A stretch of 64,000 bases of DNA from Octopus vulgaris (taxonomy: Eukaryota), in the NCBI GenBank assembly GCA_951406725.2, contig OX597823.1, positions 100,564,001 through 100,628,000 on the forward strand. The letters are read 5' to 3'. The notes under the pieces are model-generated. The model was not told the origin of the DNA. It saw only the letters and a list, made by a program, of their open reading frames with translations, and did no database searches. Below, piece by piece: positions 40,860 through 52,915 of this stretch. Position numbers and translations under genes: made by a program. Position 1 is the stretch's first letter; the number at the start of each line of letters is the position of its first letter.

Positions 40860-42665
40860 CCAATCGAATCTATCTATGAAAATCAATACCATGCGGGCAG
40901 AGGAATTTGACTTATTGAGTATATATGTGGATGTCCGCTTGCTTTAGATGGTAAAATCATGGTTGTTATTATTATTATTATTAATATTAATTTTATTGAC
41001 TTTTTGTGTGGTTACACATTTTAATAGACTGGACTGTTAAATATATATGCCTGCTTTAAATGTGAGTGTACATGTATTTCCTTGATGTTGGTTATAGAAC
41101 TATGAGTTCAATATGGAACATTATTGTGTTTGTTAATGTATATTGATCTATATTGTTTATATTGTATTATTGTGTATATATATATGTGTAGAAATATGAG
41201 TGTCTATGCACACATATTTATATTTATATGTAAATTTTTTTCATACTTACATTAAATTCTCTGAAGAGGCCGTGAGACATTCTTGTTAACGTCTCATTTA
41301 TACCTGCTTTATATGGCTAATAGGTTAAATGGGACATACCTGTCTTCACGGCCGAAACAGCTGTCAGCTACAATGTAAATGTATTTTCTATTTCTATTTC
41401 TATGTCTTGTTATATTTGTAATATATTATGTATAATATCATTGCTGTTGTGTAATGGTTTAATAAAGTATTGATTGGGCATTATCTGATGGTTGATGATT
41501 GATTTAGGTATGTTTCTCCATTTTCTCATTTTGCATATATGCTAAACGATGATGATGATGATATGTATATAGTCTTAGGAGAGAAGGTAATTGGGGGTGA
41601 TGAAGGAACGGTGGTGTGGTGGGGTGGGGGGTTTTGTGGGTGGGGTGTCGTCAGTCGGGTGGGTCTGTAATTTTTGTTGTTTGCATAGATTTTGTGCATA
41701 CAGTTTGGGGAGTGTTCCGAGATCTTGTTGAGGAGAGGGCCTTTGGCAAATAAAATCTCCAATCTCTCAGAAATGCAAAGGTCACAGCAAGTATGGCCTC
41801 CCGTGTAAGAACGCACTCTCTGGAGTAGTCTCCACTTGATCTTGAAGGGGATGGAGTTCCTTTTAAGGTGCCAGATATGGGCGGCGAGAGTAGTCTGGTT
41901 AGATTTGTCAGGTCGCCGGAATGAATGTGTGTGGGCGTACCAGTGAGTCTTAAAACTATTTGAGGTCATTCCGATGTACGATTTTCTTTTATCATCGGGG
42001 CCTGATCGTACATCGCATATGTAGACAAGATCTTTCTGTAGGCAGTTGTTGTTGAGGGGGCAAGTAGTCTTATCAGGGCAATTGCAGTTGCTGTCGGATG
42101 CTGGATGGGCTTCGGAAAAAGTAGATTTATTAAGTTTTTTGACGTTATTGTTGGCTAGGTTCCTAGCTAGATTGGGTGTGGTGGAGTAGGAGAGTCTAAT
42201 GGTGTTCTTATTAAGGATTGTATAGTACTTATGTTGGGTGGGGAAGTGTTTTTGTAAGAGAGTGAAGAAAATTTTAGCTACAGGTGTTGAAACTTCACGG
42301 TTGAAGGGGGGTTGTACCAGCTAATGTGTCTTCGCCTATTATTCTTGGGTGGGTGTGGAGCTATGCTAATGTAGGTGATCTTATCTCTAAAGCCACTGCG
42401 GGCCAGGGCCTCGTTGTAGTAGGGGCTGTGGCATTAAAGATATCCTCGGTGGCAGAGAGGCTAGATATCCTAATGGAGACACTTTTCATTAGGTTGTCTA
42501 ATATATTTTTGGGGTGGTTAGAATTAATGTCTATGTATCTAAGGGATTCATTAGGTTTATGGTACCGGTAATAAAGGGAGGTTTCTAAATCGAGGGTAAC
42601 GTCAAGGAAGTTAGCTTTTGTTAAGTTCGAATCTAAGGTAATCCTAAGGCCTAAGTTTTTAAAAA
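40860..42665 (-). mobile_element. 5'-truncated Penelope-like retroelement (Naiad-type RT thumb plus GIY-YIG endonuclease, followed by 3' region)
   Basis: Minus strand encodes NFLDVTLDL, SNHP, WYNPP (one frameshift), CNCPDKTTCPLNNNC, LVY...YIG, TTLAAHIWHLK, CDLCISER and LNKISE..NCMH. The 5' end abuts (TA)n at 42666-42688. The lower boundary is approximate. Confidence 0.9.
41247..41378 (+). ncRNA. Type I hammerhead ribozyme, intact core, long stem II
   Basis: CUGAAGA 41261-41267; stem II GGCCGUGA-GACA / UGUC-U-UCACGGCC; GAAA 41354-41357; stem III AC-AGCU-GU; GUC cleavage triplet ends at 41365. Stem I is CU/AG plus an internal loop plus UUACAUU/AAUGUAA. Confidence 0.85.
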
Positions 42666-43174
42666 TATATATATATATATATATATATCAACATAAACAA
42701 ACTTCATATTCATTCATTAGTCAAAATATAGTAGACAGCATATTGTGGTGGTTGTTTAGATGTTAGTATTAAAGAGTAGGAAAATGAGAGAAACAGTTAT
42801 GAACAATGGGGGAAAAATTCTCAGAATATCTAATTGTTCTTAAGATGGTGTGTGTGTGTGTGTGCACACGAGTGAGTGAAGGAATAAAACCAAGTAGCAT
42901 TCAACACATTTGGCTGGAGTTACACGTATTTCATAATAATTTGATGTCTACCTCCTAATATCTGATGAGATGGTTGTTTCCGTCATTCAACTGCGACCAT
43001 GCTGGGGCATATCCTTGTAGAACTTTTAGTCAAATGAATTGACCCCAGTACTTTTTTTGAGCCTGGTACTTATTCTATCGATATCTTTTGACAAACTGCT
43101 AAGTTATGGGGAAGTAAACACATCAACATGATTGTCAACTGGTGGAGTGAGGGACAGACACACAGATATATACA

Positions 43175-43470
43175 GATGTATGCGTGAAACTGGAGACATC
43201 ATGAAAATTCATTTACACAACCATCTCATGTCATTTTCCAATGGAAACAAAAAGCACTGTACATCGTTATCTAAGCTCATCTGGAAGCTCAAATGGAATG
43301 GAGTGAAGCATACAACCAACTGGTTTATAATAAAAATACACCAGATTTTACTATAGAACATTGTGAGTGTGTAACTTATGCCTGGAGGAAACCCTGGAGA
43401 TCATCACATCCAGGGAAAACATGATTAATAAACATTCCAAATATAAGATGCAAATATAAGATTAAGACGT
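43175..43470 (+). mobile_element. Degenerate PLE GIY-YIG fragment
   Basis: NHLMSFSN..KKHCTSLSKLIWKLK, followed by a frameshifted CNLCLEE. Confidence 0.65.
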
Positions 43471-44560
43471 CCTTCCTAGAATTTGAACAGAGTATTAAGA
43501 AACACCAACCATCGTTAGCACTTAATGGAACAAAAGAGAAACATATAAACAGATTAAACCAAAAAGAAAGCATTATTTTCCTATGCTATGTCACTGTACT
43601 ACCGGAAGTAATTAAAAGGACTCTTTAAGGGAACACTATTTGTCAACTGAGACAATGAACTTCAACACCAAAAGGAATTTGCTTCCTGACCCTACAACAT
43701 CTGAATTCATTAAGGGAGTGCATGCTGCAATTAAGTCAAACCAATGAACTGCACTATCCACTCCTGCATCTGTACACACATTTCAAAACAAGTCTGGCCT
43801 CATCACACACTCCTCTCTTTCCATCACCTTCTATTCCTCCCTACCAAATACACACAGAACTGCCCACATACACCAATGAACCTTTTTATTGGTGAAAACT
43901 GATAAACATCTTACATACATTATATATATACAGAGAGAGACACACACACACATTAAATTCTAAAAGGGACTGCTCTTTAGATGATGGAACTGTAGATTTG
44001 CATTTATCAACTTCTATATCACAAACAGGTAGGAATCCTTAAATTTAAATAACTTTGGAGTGTTTAGCCAGAGATTTTGTCACAGAGATTTTGTCCTTAG
44101 AAGTCTAACAAAGAAAATGAATGAAGGAGAAGAGAAATTGTAGAGTTGGTGGTGTAATCCTAACTTGAAATGATTCGTCTACCAGCTTTTAAATTGGAAG
44201 ATAACTGCCGACTCTAAAATAAAACATATGTTAAAAACTATTTGAGGAATAGAAAAAACTTATTACAGCACATGTTTATTTCAATTTTCTGTACATACGA
44301 CTAAGGTATGTACTGGATTGAAAATGGGAGATTGAGCTCAATAATTGAAATGGAAAAAGTGCATGAAAAAGAATTTGAATGCCATATTAATATATTAATA
44401 GCATAATTACAAGGAAAATCAATGAACAAGAAACAAACATTCAATAACAGTAAAGGATTAGTAGGGGAAATGGGATGAAGGTGCATCAGGCAATAATTTT
44501 GAAATAAAAGCTGCACAGCATATTTGCTTAAGTGCTGAAGTGCTAGCACATTGGTCTTAC

Positions 44561-44656
44561 TTAAAACAAATGCAGGTTTCAGTGGATCAAATTCTTCCTG
44601 AATTGTCAAAGAGAGGTTTCCCTGTTCCTGATTGGATTTTACCAAAGAAGGCTGGG
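44561..44656 (-). CDS. OCRL: OCRL/INPP5B-like, linker exon (QPSLVKSNQEQGNLSLTIQEEFDPLKPAFVL)
   Basis: Acceptor ttctacttgtgttccag and donor A|gtaaga; 96 nt, phase 1-1, compatible with both neighbours; repeats the FDPLK motif. Confidence 0.7.
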
Positions 44657-47634
44657 CTGGAACACAAGTAGAACTACATACTAAAGCTGGTTGCACAGGA
44701 GCATGATACATGAAGCAAAATGGTGGTAAATTTTACAGCAGGCCAAAATTATAGGAAAACAACACTTACAGGTAATAACTGAGTATTATTACATTAACTA
44801 TTGCAAAAGATTAAAAAGGATTTAACATTATTAATGAGCTAAGTTAATAGCTCTATGTACATTAACACAGAGAAAGCTGGCCAGCAATTTGGCTAATTAG
44901 ATACTACAAGTTGAAATGGAAATGAAACAAAAGTTTACCTACTCAAACATGTTAAGGTAGGAGGAAAAAAAATTAAACCCCAACAAAAGAAGGATAAGGG
45001 GATACAGTGTTTTAAGAGTGTCTCAAGTTGAGACTCTTTTGTTTTCTTTATAAAACAATATTGCAGCCACATCTCAATGATGTCTGAAGAGCAATAAACT
45101 TCAACTGTATCAAATTGATATCTCTAACTGGAGACATTTGTGAGAATTTAAACTGAGGTAAAGTCTAATGAGGTTCACCAGAATGAGGATTATTTGGTAC
45201 TAATTAAGAACTGATTAAGTTTGTTTAACTATGAATTCCCAGCATGTGAAATATGTTGGCAACTGATAGACAGCAATAGGAATTCAAAACTAGCTGATGC
45301 CACTTAGTGACTACTTTGTTCTAATCAAAGCTTGTATAGAGTATAATTAGTAGATGTAGAGTCAACTAAAGAGTCCTACTTAAAAATTCAGAAATTCATT
45401 ATCATCATCACTGCTTTTTTTTTAATGTTGTTTTGCTGGAAAGGCTTGGATAGGACTTTTTGAAGCCTTGTTTTACAGCTGGACACACTTCTGATGCCAC
45501 ACCTTGAGCATCACTTCTTAAAATATACATCAACATGATGTACTCACTCCAAAAACAGAGATACACATCTATATTCAGCATAATATTTACTAATTTCTTC
45601 AGTAGAGAGAAATCATTATACTCAGTTAGCTTTGTCAAGGGGCACAGTGAAATTGAAACGGCAACTTGAAGTCAGCAATCAGATGTATTTGCAAGTTTGT
45701 CTTTTGCATTACCCTAAATCCTACTCTGGCCATGTTTCTAGCCTTCATTTAATTTTGAAAATCAAGAATTGTAGAATTTTGATGACTTATTTTTTGTCAT
45801 TATCAATTTGGTATTCAGAATGTAACCTAATACAAGGCTCCTATATAAACACAGAGGAAGGATCTTAATTTAAATACAAACAATTTAAAATGAGACATTT
45901 TGCATTATACAAAGAAAGGTACTTTTAAGCGGGTGGGTATCACAAAGCGTTGGATAAATTTTATTTTCCTCTTTTGGAAATGTAACTGCTGCTGCTGCTA
46001 CTACTACTACTACTGCTGCTACTGTTGCTGCTGCTATTGTTGTTAAGGTACTTGTGACTCTCCATGGAGTTTGTGACACACGCTTTGGGAATGAATAATG
46101 GATGACAAAACTATTGCTAATCTTTTTATCTGACCAAAAAATTAATTTAGATTAGATTTGCTGGTGAACTGCCAGAGTATTTAATCTGACTCTGTGCTCT
46201 AAGATCAAATTCTGTCAGAGGCAACTCTGCTTTTCAAATTTTTGTGGTTGATAAAAATAGTATCAATCATGGGTAATAGATTGTTAGAACAGTAAGAACA
46301 CTGAACCAGATACCTAGTGGTATTTGTTCTGATTGTTTGTGTCTTGGATCAAGTGGCATCCAAGTGTCTAAAAAAGTGCTCACAACAACCTAAAGGGTAG
46401 TCATGAAGGCAAGTTCTTGTAATAAATACCAGGACTAAATAGATGGTGCCGGATAGAGTTGAGGGTGGGGCTCCTCCTCCAGTTGTACCCTGGTGAATTA
46501 ATGAATAAATAAATAAAAGTTCTGAGGAGATCAAATGTGTCACTAGCCACTCTTTTCAATCACAAAAATCAAGCTGGAAAGAGCTTTCTTGTGTTGGAGG
46601 AGTTCTGTGAAAGATGACATTTCACAAGCTGATGCTGATCTAATCAAATGTAACAAAGCTGTTGAACTTTCAAAAAGATATGGGGCAAAGGTGAAAGTGG
46701 GTTGGTCAGTGTAGAGGGGACAACATATCTAATGTGCACTGCCAGGTATGGTAATGGTGGTCTGACCAGCTCGTTGCTAATAAAAGATCCTTCACTGGAA
46801 TGTCACATCAGTATTTGGGATTACCACATTCTTGTTTAATAAACATTGACTGAAGACATCTAATTACTTTTCAAACCTAAGAATTTAATGTTCAGTCATG
46901 TAAAAATAAAAATTAAACACCCATCACATAAATGTAAGAAGAGACAAAATGATTTCCAACATTCCATTACCATAATATTAAAACATAATAGTCTCAACAT
47001 ACATATATATATGTATATATACACACATGCAGAAACAATAGCAGCGTGGTTTGGGTATTAACAAAAATAATTAAGCAAATAATTTCAAAATCACAGACGA
47101 ATGTGTTAATCATACCAATTATAAAGATGCAAAATTTGATATGCATTGTATTAAAAAAAAATCAAAATGAATCCAAAAATATACTGAAGGAGGTGACAAA
47201 AAAAATGCAAGCAGAAACCACCACCCCACCAAAAAAACTCTTTGGTTATTTATGTAAAAACTGATGTAAATATGGATTAGTTTTAGGCAATTTAGTTCAA
47301 GTGTGTGTATTTGCATAATCAAAGAAATTAATAACACTGAATATTTTGAGGGGAAATATTGCATATTTTAAGCACTTAAAGCATGTGTGTGTGTGTGTGT
47401 GTGTACACACACACACATATCCATTTCGTGTTGACTGTCAGAAAAAAAAAAAGACTACTAAATATCATGATATAGAGATTAATAATATTCTATTGTAGTT
47501 GAGCCACTCTGAGTTTTGCCTGTGGGAGCACAGAGTCTTCAGGCAAGTTGTGACCATAAATACGTATGTATAGGAAAAATACTGAGAGAATATAGAACGA
47601 AATATTGTATGCTTTAAGTGCTTGTTTGCTATAT

Positions 47635-47668
<34 letters not shown>

Positions 47669-48116
47669 ATGCAAATGTAGAAGCCTGTGTTCCAAATGTA
47701 AAGAAACTTTCTTGTTGGTAAAATGTAAGTCCCTGATGCAACAAAAGAAAGATGGAAAGCTGCTTGTAACTGATTACATGTCTGTGAGTGTTACAGAAAG
47801 TGTGTGGTTCAAGTCCTGTGGGCAGCTATCCACATTTTAATTTTTTCGGCCAAGGGGCTTTTAACTTCAATGTATTATAAACTATTACTTATAGCTGAAT
47901 TTGCTTCAAGATATATGGTTAACAAAGACTTGATACACATACACACACACACACAAAACTATACATGTGTTTGTGTGCTTCCATGCATGCTTGTATTAAT
48001 TTTTAGATTAGTAAGTGCTTATGAATTGTGTGCATTAAGAGATATGCAAATAGGTATTTTTCTTTACAACATCATTTGATTCCAAAGCGGGGCAGAAATT
48101 AAAAGAAATTCAGTAC

Positions 48117-48263
48117 CTTTCTTCCCATTATCTTCAATATTCATGTACTTCAATGGGTCAAAAACATCTGTTTCAAATAAGTTTTTTTCAAGGGCTTTAT
48201 TAGTATACTTGTCCAGCCAAGAAAAAGATGAAGGCAAACCGAATCCAACGACATGTGCAACAG
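48117..48263 (-). CDS. OCRL: OCRL/INPP5B-like, post-PH exon (VAHVVGFGLPSSFSWLDKYTNKALEKNLFETDVFDPLKYMNIEDNGKK)
   Basis: Acceptor ttcttccttccag and donor G|gtactg; 147 nt, phase 1-1. FSWLDKY resembles the F.WL..Y motif that follows the INPP5B PH domain. Confidence 0.8.
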
Positions 48264-50631
48264 CTGGAAGGAAGAACGAAAATCACAAGCAATCGAATAA
48301 AAACTCTCCACTCTTAATGAAGAAATGAGATACTTATGGGCAATAGTTTCATTATTGAGTTGGTGTAAAATTTGGCTGGAACGTGTAGGTGAGTGTGTGT
48401 ATGCAGGCATTATACAGACAGACAGACATGTATGTACATATGTATTTATGTCTGTATATATGTACGATTTTGACAACAAAAGTTTTCATACAATAATATA
48501 GAAAAAGCTAACAATAAGGGAATAAAAATGAATGCCTTGCAGACAAAAGCCACAAATGAATGAGGCAAAAATAAATTTAGTTTTGACATGCCAGATAGAA
48601 ATAATATTTTCGGGGCAATGAAAGATTATTTCACAATAATTTCTTTGTTCCATTGTAAACCTTAAATTCTTAATTTCCATTATTTGTAAAATAATCAGTT
48701 ATGAAAGGACTTGGAAAGAAGAATTTAGTAGAATTTCTTCAAACCTTTGATACTATCCTTCTTCTTTATGGTGATTCCAAATTAAACCTTCAAAAATAAT
48801 TTCATGTCTATGTTCCAAAATGCCAGTTTAATAACAACCAAACTAATTTATTAAATTCTTCATTATTTTAAAAATTAATTGAAACAAAGGCAACATATTT
48901 CAACAGAAATATGGTAACAAAAGGGTTAAATTTTGCTTTGAGTTAGTCTTATCTTTCTATAACATTGTTCTTTGTAGCTGTTTAACTCCAGGTCAGCTCT
49001 GACCAAGCAGATTTATGATTAATGGTGCTCTAGTTATGACCATCCCATTTTATTTTCAGACACTGTTTATGCAGGACTACATTCTTCAAAAAGTTCTTCC
49101 TTTAAAGTGGCAGGGTATGATTTCAAGGAGATTTGGTTGTTATTTTCAACAGGTTGAGTGACCACATAGAGCTCCTTCATTAATTTGCTGTTGTATTACA
49201 AAATCTCAGCTGAAGCTGACAACCTCCTCCTCACACCATCCCACTGAGAGTCTGTTAAACACATTCTGCTAAGATGGAAGATTTTATTATGGTTCTCTTT
49301 GCTCTCCTGCACAGCTTTCCTACATTTTGTGCAATATTGACCACTGTTAATACTATTTTATAGGGAAACTAACTTGAACAATAACTGTTTATATTTCCTA
49401 TACATCCATTTAGGACAAACACTTGTGTGCTGATGGTGCTGCTGTACTTTATTTCCAAATGCACAAGTTGATGTTTCATCAGAAACAGTCCAGTAGGTGT
49501 TTCAGCTTCTTCTACCCTAATACCAGAGCTACCCAGGGCTATCCACCCATGTAGGCAACAAAGTTCTCACACAACAGTATAAGCTTTGTTGTTCTTTCAG
49601 CTATGGTGCTTAGCTGAACCTGTGTTTCTGCCAGGTTGTACTAAGATTTTCTAATAGCAACTGACAGAGCAGACTAATTTCCTACCAAATCTAAGTATTT
49701 CAGCTTCTAATTCCACATTGTGTTATGCTCAACATAGTAGAAGTGGGTGGTCAACATATCAAGGCTGTCCTAATGAAAATGCTCTTTCTCTAAGATTGAC
49801 TCTTGCTTACCTATTCGAGTGACTGCTGTTTTTCAAACAAAATGTTCATCTCACAAAACCCGCCCTAACTTCCTCATATTTCCCCAAAACCACAGATGGG
49901 AGTTGGAGTGGGGGGGGGGGGGGCAATGAAAACAAATCTTATTTTGATCAACAATAGAAAAATCTTTGTTAGAATAATTCTTTTATATCTTTGCTGCAAT
50001 ATTATGAAGAGAGAAAAAAAAAAGAACTTGGATAGTTTCAAGCAAACAACTTGCAACTTTTGTCAAGGTTAACTATTTTGTTTTCATCCATTCAATATCA
50101 ATGATATAAGGACCAGTCATATGTTAAAGTTTAAAAAAAAAAACAATGGCAATAATTAGTTGACCATGTTATTCTTGCACATATAGTAGTAATTTATGTT
50201 GTTGGTTGATGGCATTGCAGAAGCAAATAACTCAAGCACCTCTGCAAATACCAAGCTCCATGTCATCATCATCATCATCATCGTTTAACGTCCGCTTTCC
50301 ATGCTAGCATGGGTTGGACGATTTGACTGAGGACTGGCAAACCAGATGGCTGCACCAGGCTCCAATCTTGATCTGGCAGAGTTTCTACAGCTGGATGCCC
50401 TTCCTAACAGCACTTGTGACAATAGTTAATTGATTGTGTGTGCAATAGTTTACTGAACAAGCCGAGATTATGATCAAGTAGGGACATAGGCTGTACTTGC
50501 TTTGGACCATACATATCATGTTCAAACAGCTATAAAGGTTGATTCTCAACAACATGTCAACATGTTATGTGACAATCACAGAATGAAGTAAGATTGAGAC
50601 ATAGTAAAAAAAAAAAAAGCAAGCTACTCAC

Positions 50632-50739
50632 TTTCCTTTGCCTGTTTCAGTTCTTTACATAGCGCAACAGTTTGACTTGCTGATAGATCAAAACGTAATC
50701 GCTTTTGGTTGTTTGATATTTCGACAAGTACCTCTGATT
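50632..50739 (-). CDS. OCRL: OCRL/INPP5B-like, PH-domain C-terminal exon (SEVLVEISNNQKRLRFDLSASQTVALCKELKQAKE)
   Basis: Acceptor tttccgtttctgtag and donor A|gtgagt; 108 nt, phase 1-1, open frame. Strand-strand-helix pattern like the end of the INPP5B PH domain. Confidence 0.85.
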
Positions 50740-50929
50740 CTACAGAAACGGAAAGTTGTGACATTCAAAAGAGAGCATTTAAAAATAAACCAATATATAT
50801 TGTGCAGTAAGTTGCATTGAATGGCAGGTAAAATTTACTACTATTTATACACACAGGTAAACTTGAAGAGGAACAAACAAACAACAACAATTTGACCTTA
50901 CAGATAAATCGTGTGAACGTGAACCTAGC

Positions 50930-51385
50930 AAAGTGCTAGAAAGTAAGAAATATAAGATGGATGTGGGATTTTAACATAAAGACTAACAGAAGCTGGAAGG
51001 CCTGATTTAGCAGTAGTAGATAAAGAGAATAGAAAGTACCAGATAATTGACTTTACAGTTCCAAATGACAAGAAAGTCAATATGAGAGGTACAGAGAAAA
51101 TAACAAAGTACCAGGACCAAGCCACTGAGTTACAGATGCTATGGAAAGGGCACGTAAAATGTATGCCTGTAGTTATAGGTGTATTAGGAACTATCCTTAA
51201 AGATTTGAACAGATGGATAGAGGAAATAGATATAAGACCTAGTTTAGGGCAGATCCAGAAAACAGTGTTATTAGGGACAGCTCAGATTCTTAGGAAAGTT
51301 CTTGGCATTTAAGGTTACTTGTTGTAGCCCGATGTTAGAAATTCTTCTTTTCCAACAACTGTTGTGTGTATATGACAACAACAAC
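50930..51385 (+). mobile_element. R4/Dong-like non-LTR element 3' fragment
   Basis: RPDLAVVDK..IIDFTVP.D....EKITKYQD...PVVIGVLG...QKTVLLGTAQILRKVL; (CAA)n tracts lie near both ends. Confidence 0.8.
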
Positions 51386-51413
51386 CCATGCTCCAGAGAA
51401 TTAATTACCTTAC

Positions 51414-51514
51414 CTTGCTTGTAAGAGAATTCTTTGTTGATTGGTATAGTTTCCATGACACTTAACTGGCTTATCTCACTACATGGTACTTGAGTGGTAG
51501 AAAATATTAACACA
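51414..51514 (-). CDS. OCRL: OCRL/INPP5B-like inositol 5-phosphatase, PH-domain exon (VLIFSTTQVPCSEISQLSVMETIPINKEFSYKQ)
   Basis: Strong acceptor ttttgcttttgcag and donor G|gtaagg; 101 nt, phase 2 to phase 1. Peptide resembles the INPP5B PH segment from recall, and the phase matches the next exon. Confidence 0.85.
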
Positions 51515-52022
51515 CTGCAAAAGCAAAAGAAAGAAAAATATAAAAGAAATCACTTTTAAAATTATGTAGACTTTCATTCCTAATCACCTGAAAATATGCT
51601 TTCATTGCTAATCCCTCAATTGTTAAGGAGTTTACATAATACAATCAAACTAATCCTAATACAGTATTAGTATTAGGGCATATTTTATTGTCCCTCAGAG
51701 GGAAGGTAATTTCATTAAGGAAGATTTTGGATTTAGAACAGTAAAGCTCTGTACATAATATACACAATATTAGCCCGTGTCTAGTGACACAATTTCTATA
51801 ACTCTGTTGCAGTTAACCCTTTTGTTAATTGATTTTTGTTCAAATACACTGTCTCTGTATTAATTAATTTTGAAAATAACGAAAAATTTAGCAAAATGAC
51901 TTTGTAATTATTAAGATGGTATGGAAAAAAAAAGCACTCAGTACACTTTGTTGAGTGGTTGATGTTAGGAAGGGTATCCAGCTCTAGAAATCATGCCAAA
52001 ACAGATGGCAGTGCTTGGTGCA

Positions 52023-52915
52023 GTCAGAGAGTTTTTTAAGATAGTCCAAGTTCTTGGACTATCTTATAAAAAAACTCTCTGACGAAGCCTGTGTACTTAT
52101 ATATGCATAAATTAACCCTATAAACTTCTTGGACTATCTTATAAAAACTCTCTGACGAAGCCTAGAGGCATACCCAAGTACCCGAATTTTATCTACAGAC
52201 TTACAATACACTGAAAAGATGGAAATAACATATGGGGTACTGTGACCTCTTGGCTGAAACAGCTGTAAGAAACTGTTCTTCTCTCTCTATTCTAGAAATT
52301 ACTGGTACTTTACACATGTATTTATATATTATCTGAACTGTTTAAAATAAATAAATAGACATAATATAATGTCTAACAGCTGATGAATACTACCTCTGGA
52401 TTCCCTCCATTTTCTTCTTGCCATATATATATACAGATAGAAAATAGTGGAGGGAGGGAGGGGGTGAAAGAGGGAATTAGAGAAGGATGGAGGCAAAAAA
52501 CAGTATAAAGGAGAGAGTCGCATCACTTAGTTGGAAATGGAATATTTGGGCCAGATATGACCTGGTTAAATGCCTAAAGAATTAATATACTTGGTAGTAT
52601 ATTGTGGTTGTATAACAGAGTATAGTGTCCCAGCAAGTAATTGATATGGACACACCAGCTGCCAAGAATGTGTTTGATGTGTAAAATTGGTATATGCAAT
52701 AGTGCTGCACCACCAGTGGCTATTTGAGCAAGGAGTGTGTGGATGGTTGATGGGTTGGGTCTAGTACTGAGGAAAGAGTGGGCACTTCGGAAATGTGCAT
52801 ATGTGCTCATTGCCAATTCTTCTGCCTTCGATTGCATTGAGAGCATGTTGGGATGAAGCATTGTAACAAATCAGTGTTGGCTGTGGTTTCTAAAGAAGGT
52901 CTGCAGAGAAAACCT
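52023..52915. mobile_element. PLE-derived segment with inverted and tandem terminal duplications and a hammerhead
   Basis: Inverted repeat 52023-52050/52053-52083, direct copy at 52126-52163, hammerhead at 52149-52270, and a weak degenerate coding remnant on minus at ~52500-52915. Confidence 0.5.
52149..52270 (+). ncRNA. Type I hammerhead ribozyme, intact core, long stem II
   Basis: UCU-CUGACGA (52152-52158); stem II AGCC-U-AGAGG...GUACCC / GGGUAC...CCUCU-U-GGCU; GAAAC-AGCU-GUA ending at 52267; AGA closes a 3-bp stem I. Confidence 0.8.

Noticed and set aside
41526-42320. Selenocysteine (in-frame UGA) usage reported for some Naiad PLEs
   Set aside because: The conserved cysteines in this copy are encoded by TGC/TGT, and no in-frame TGA was seen at those positions.
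42962-42990. CUGAUGA followed by a GAUGG/CCGUC hairpin
   Set aside because: No GAAA or stem III follows and the sequence runs into a SINE; at most a truncated relic.
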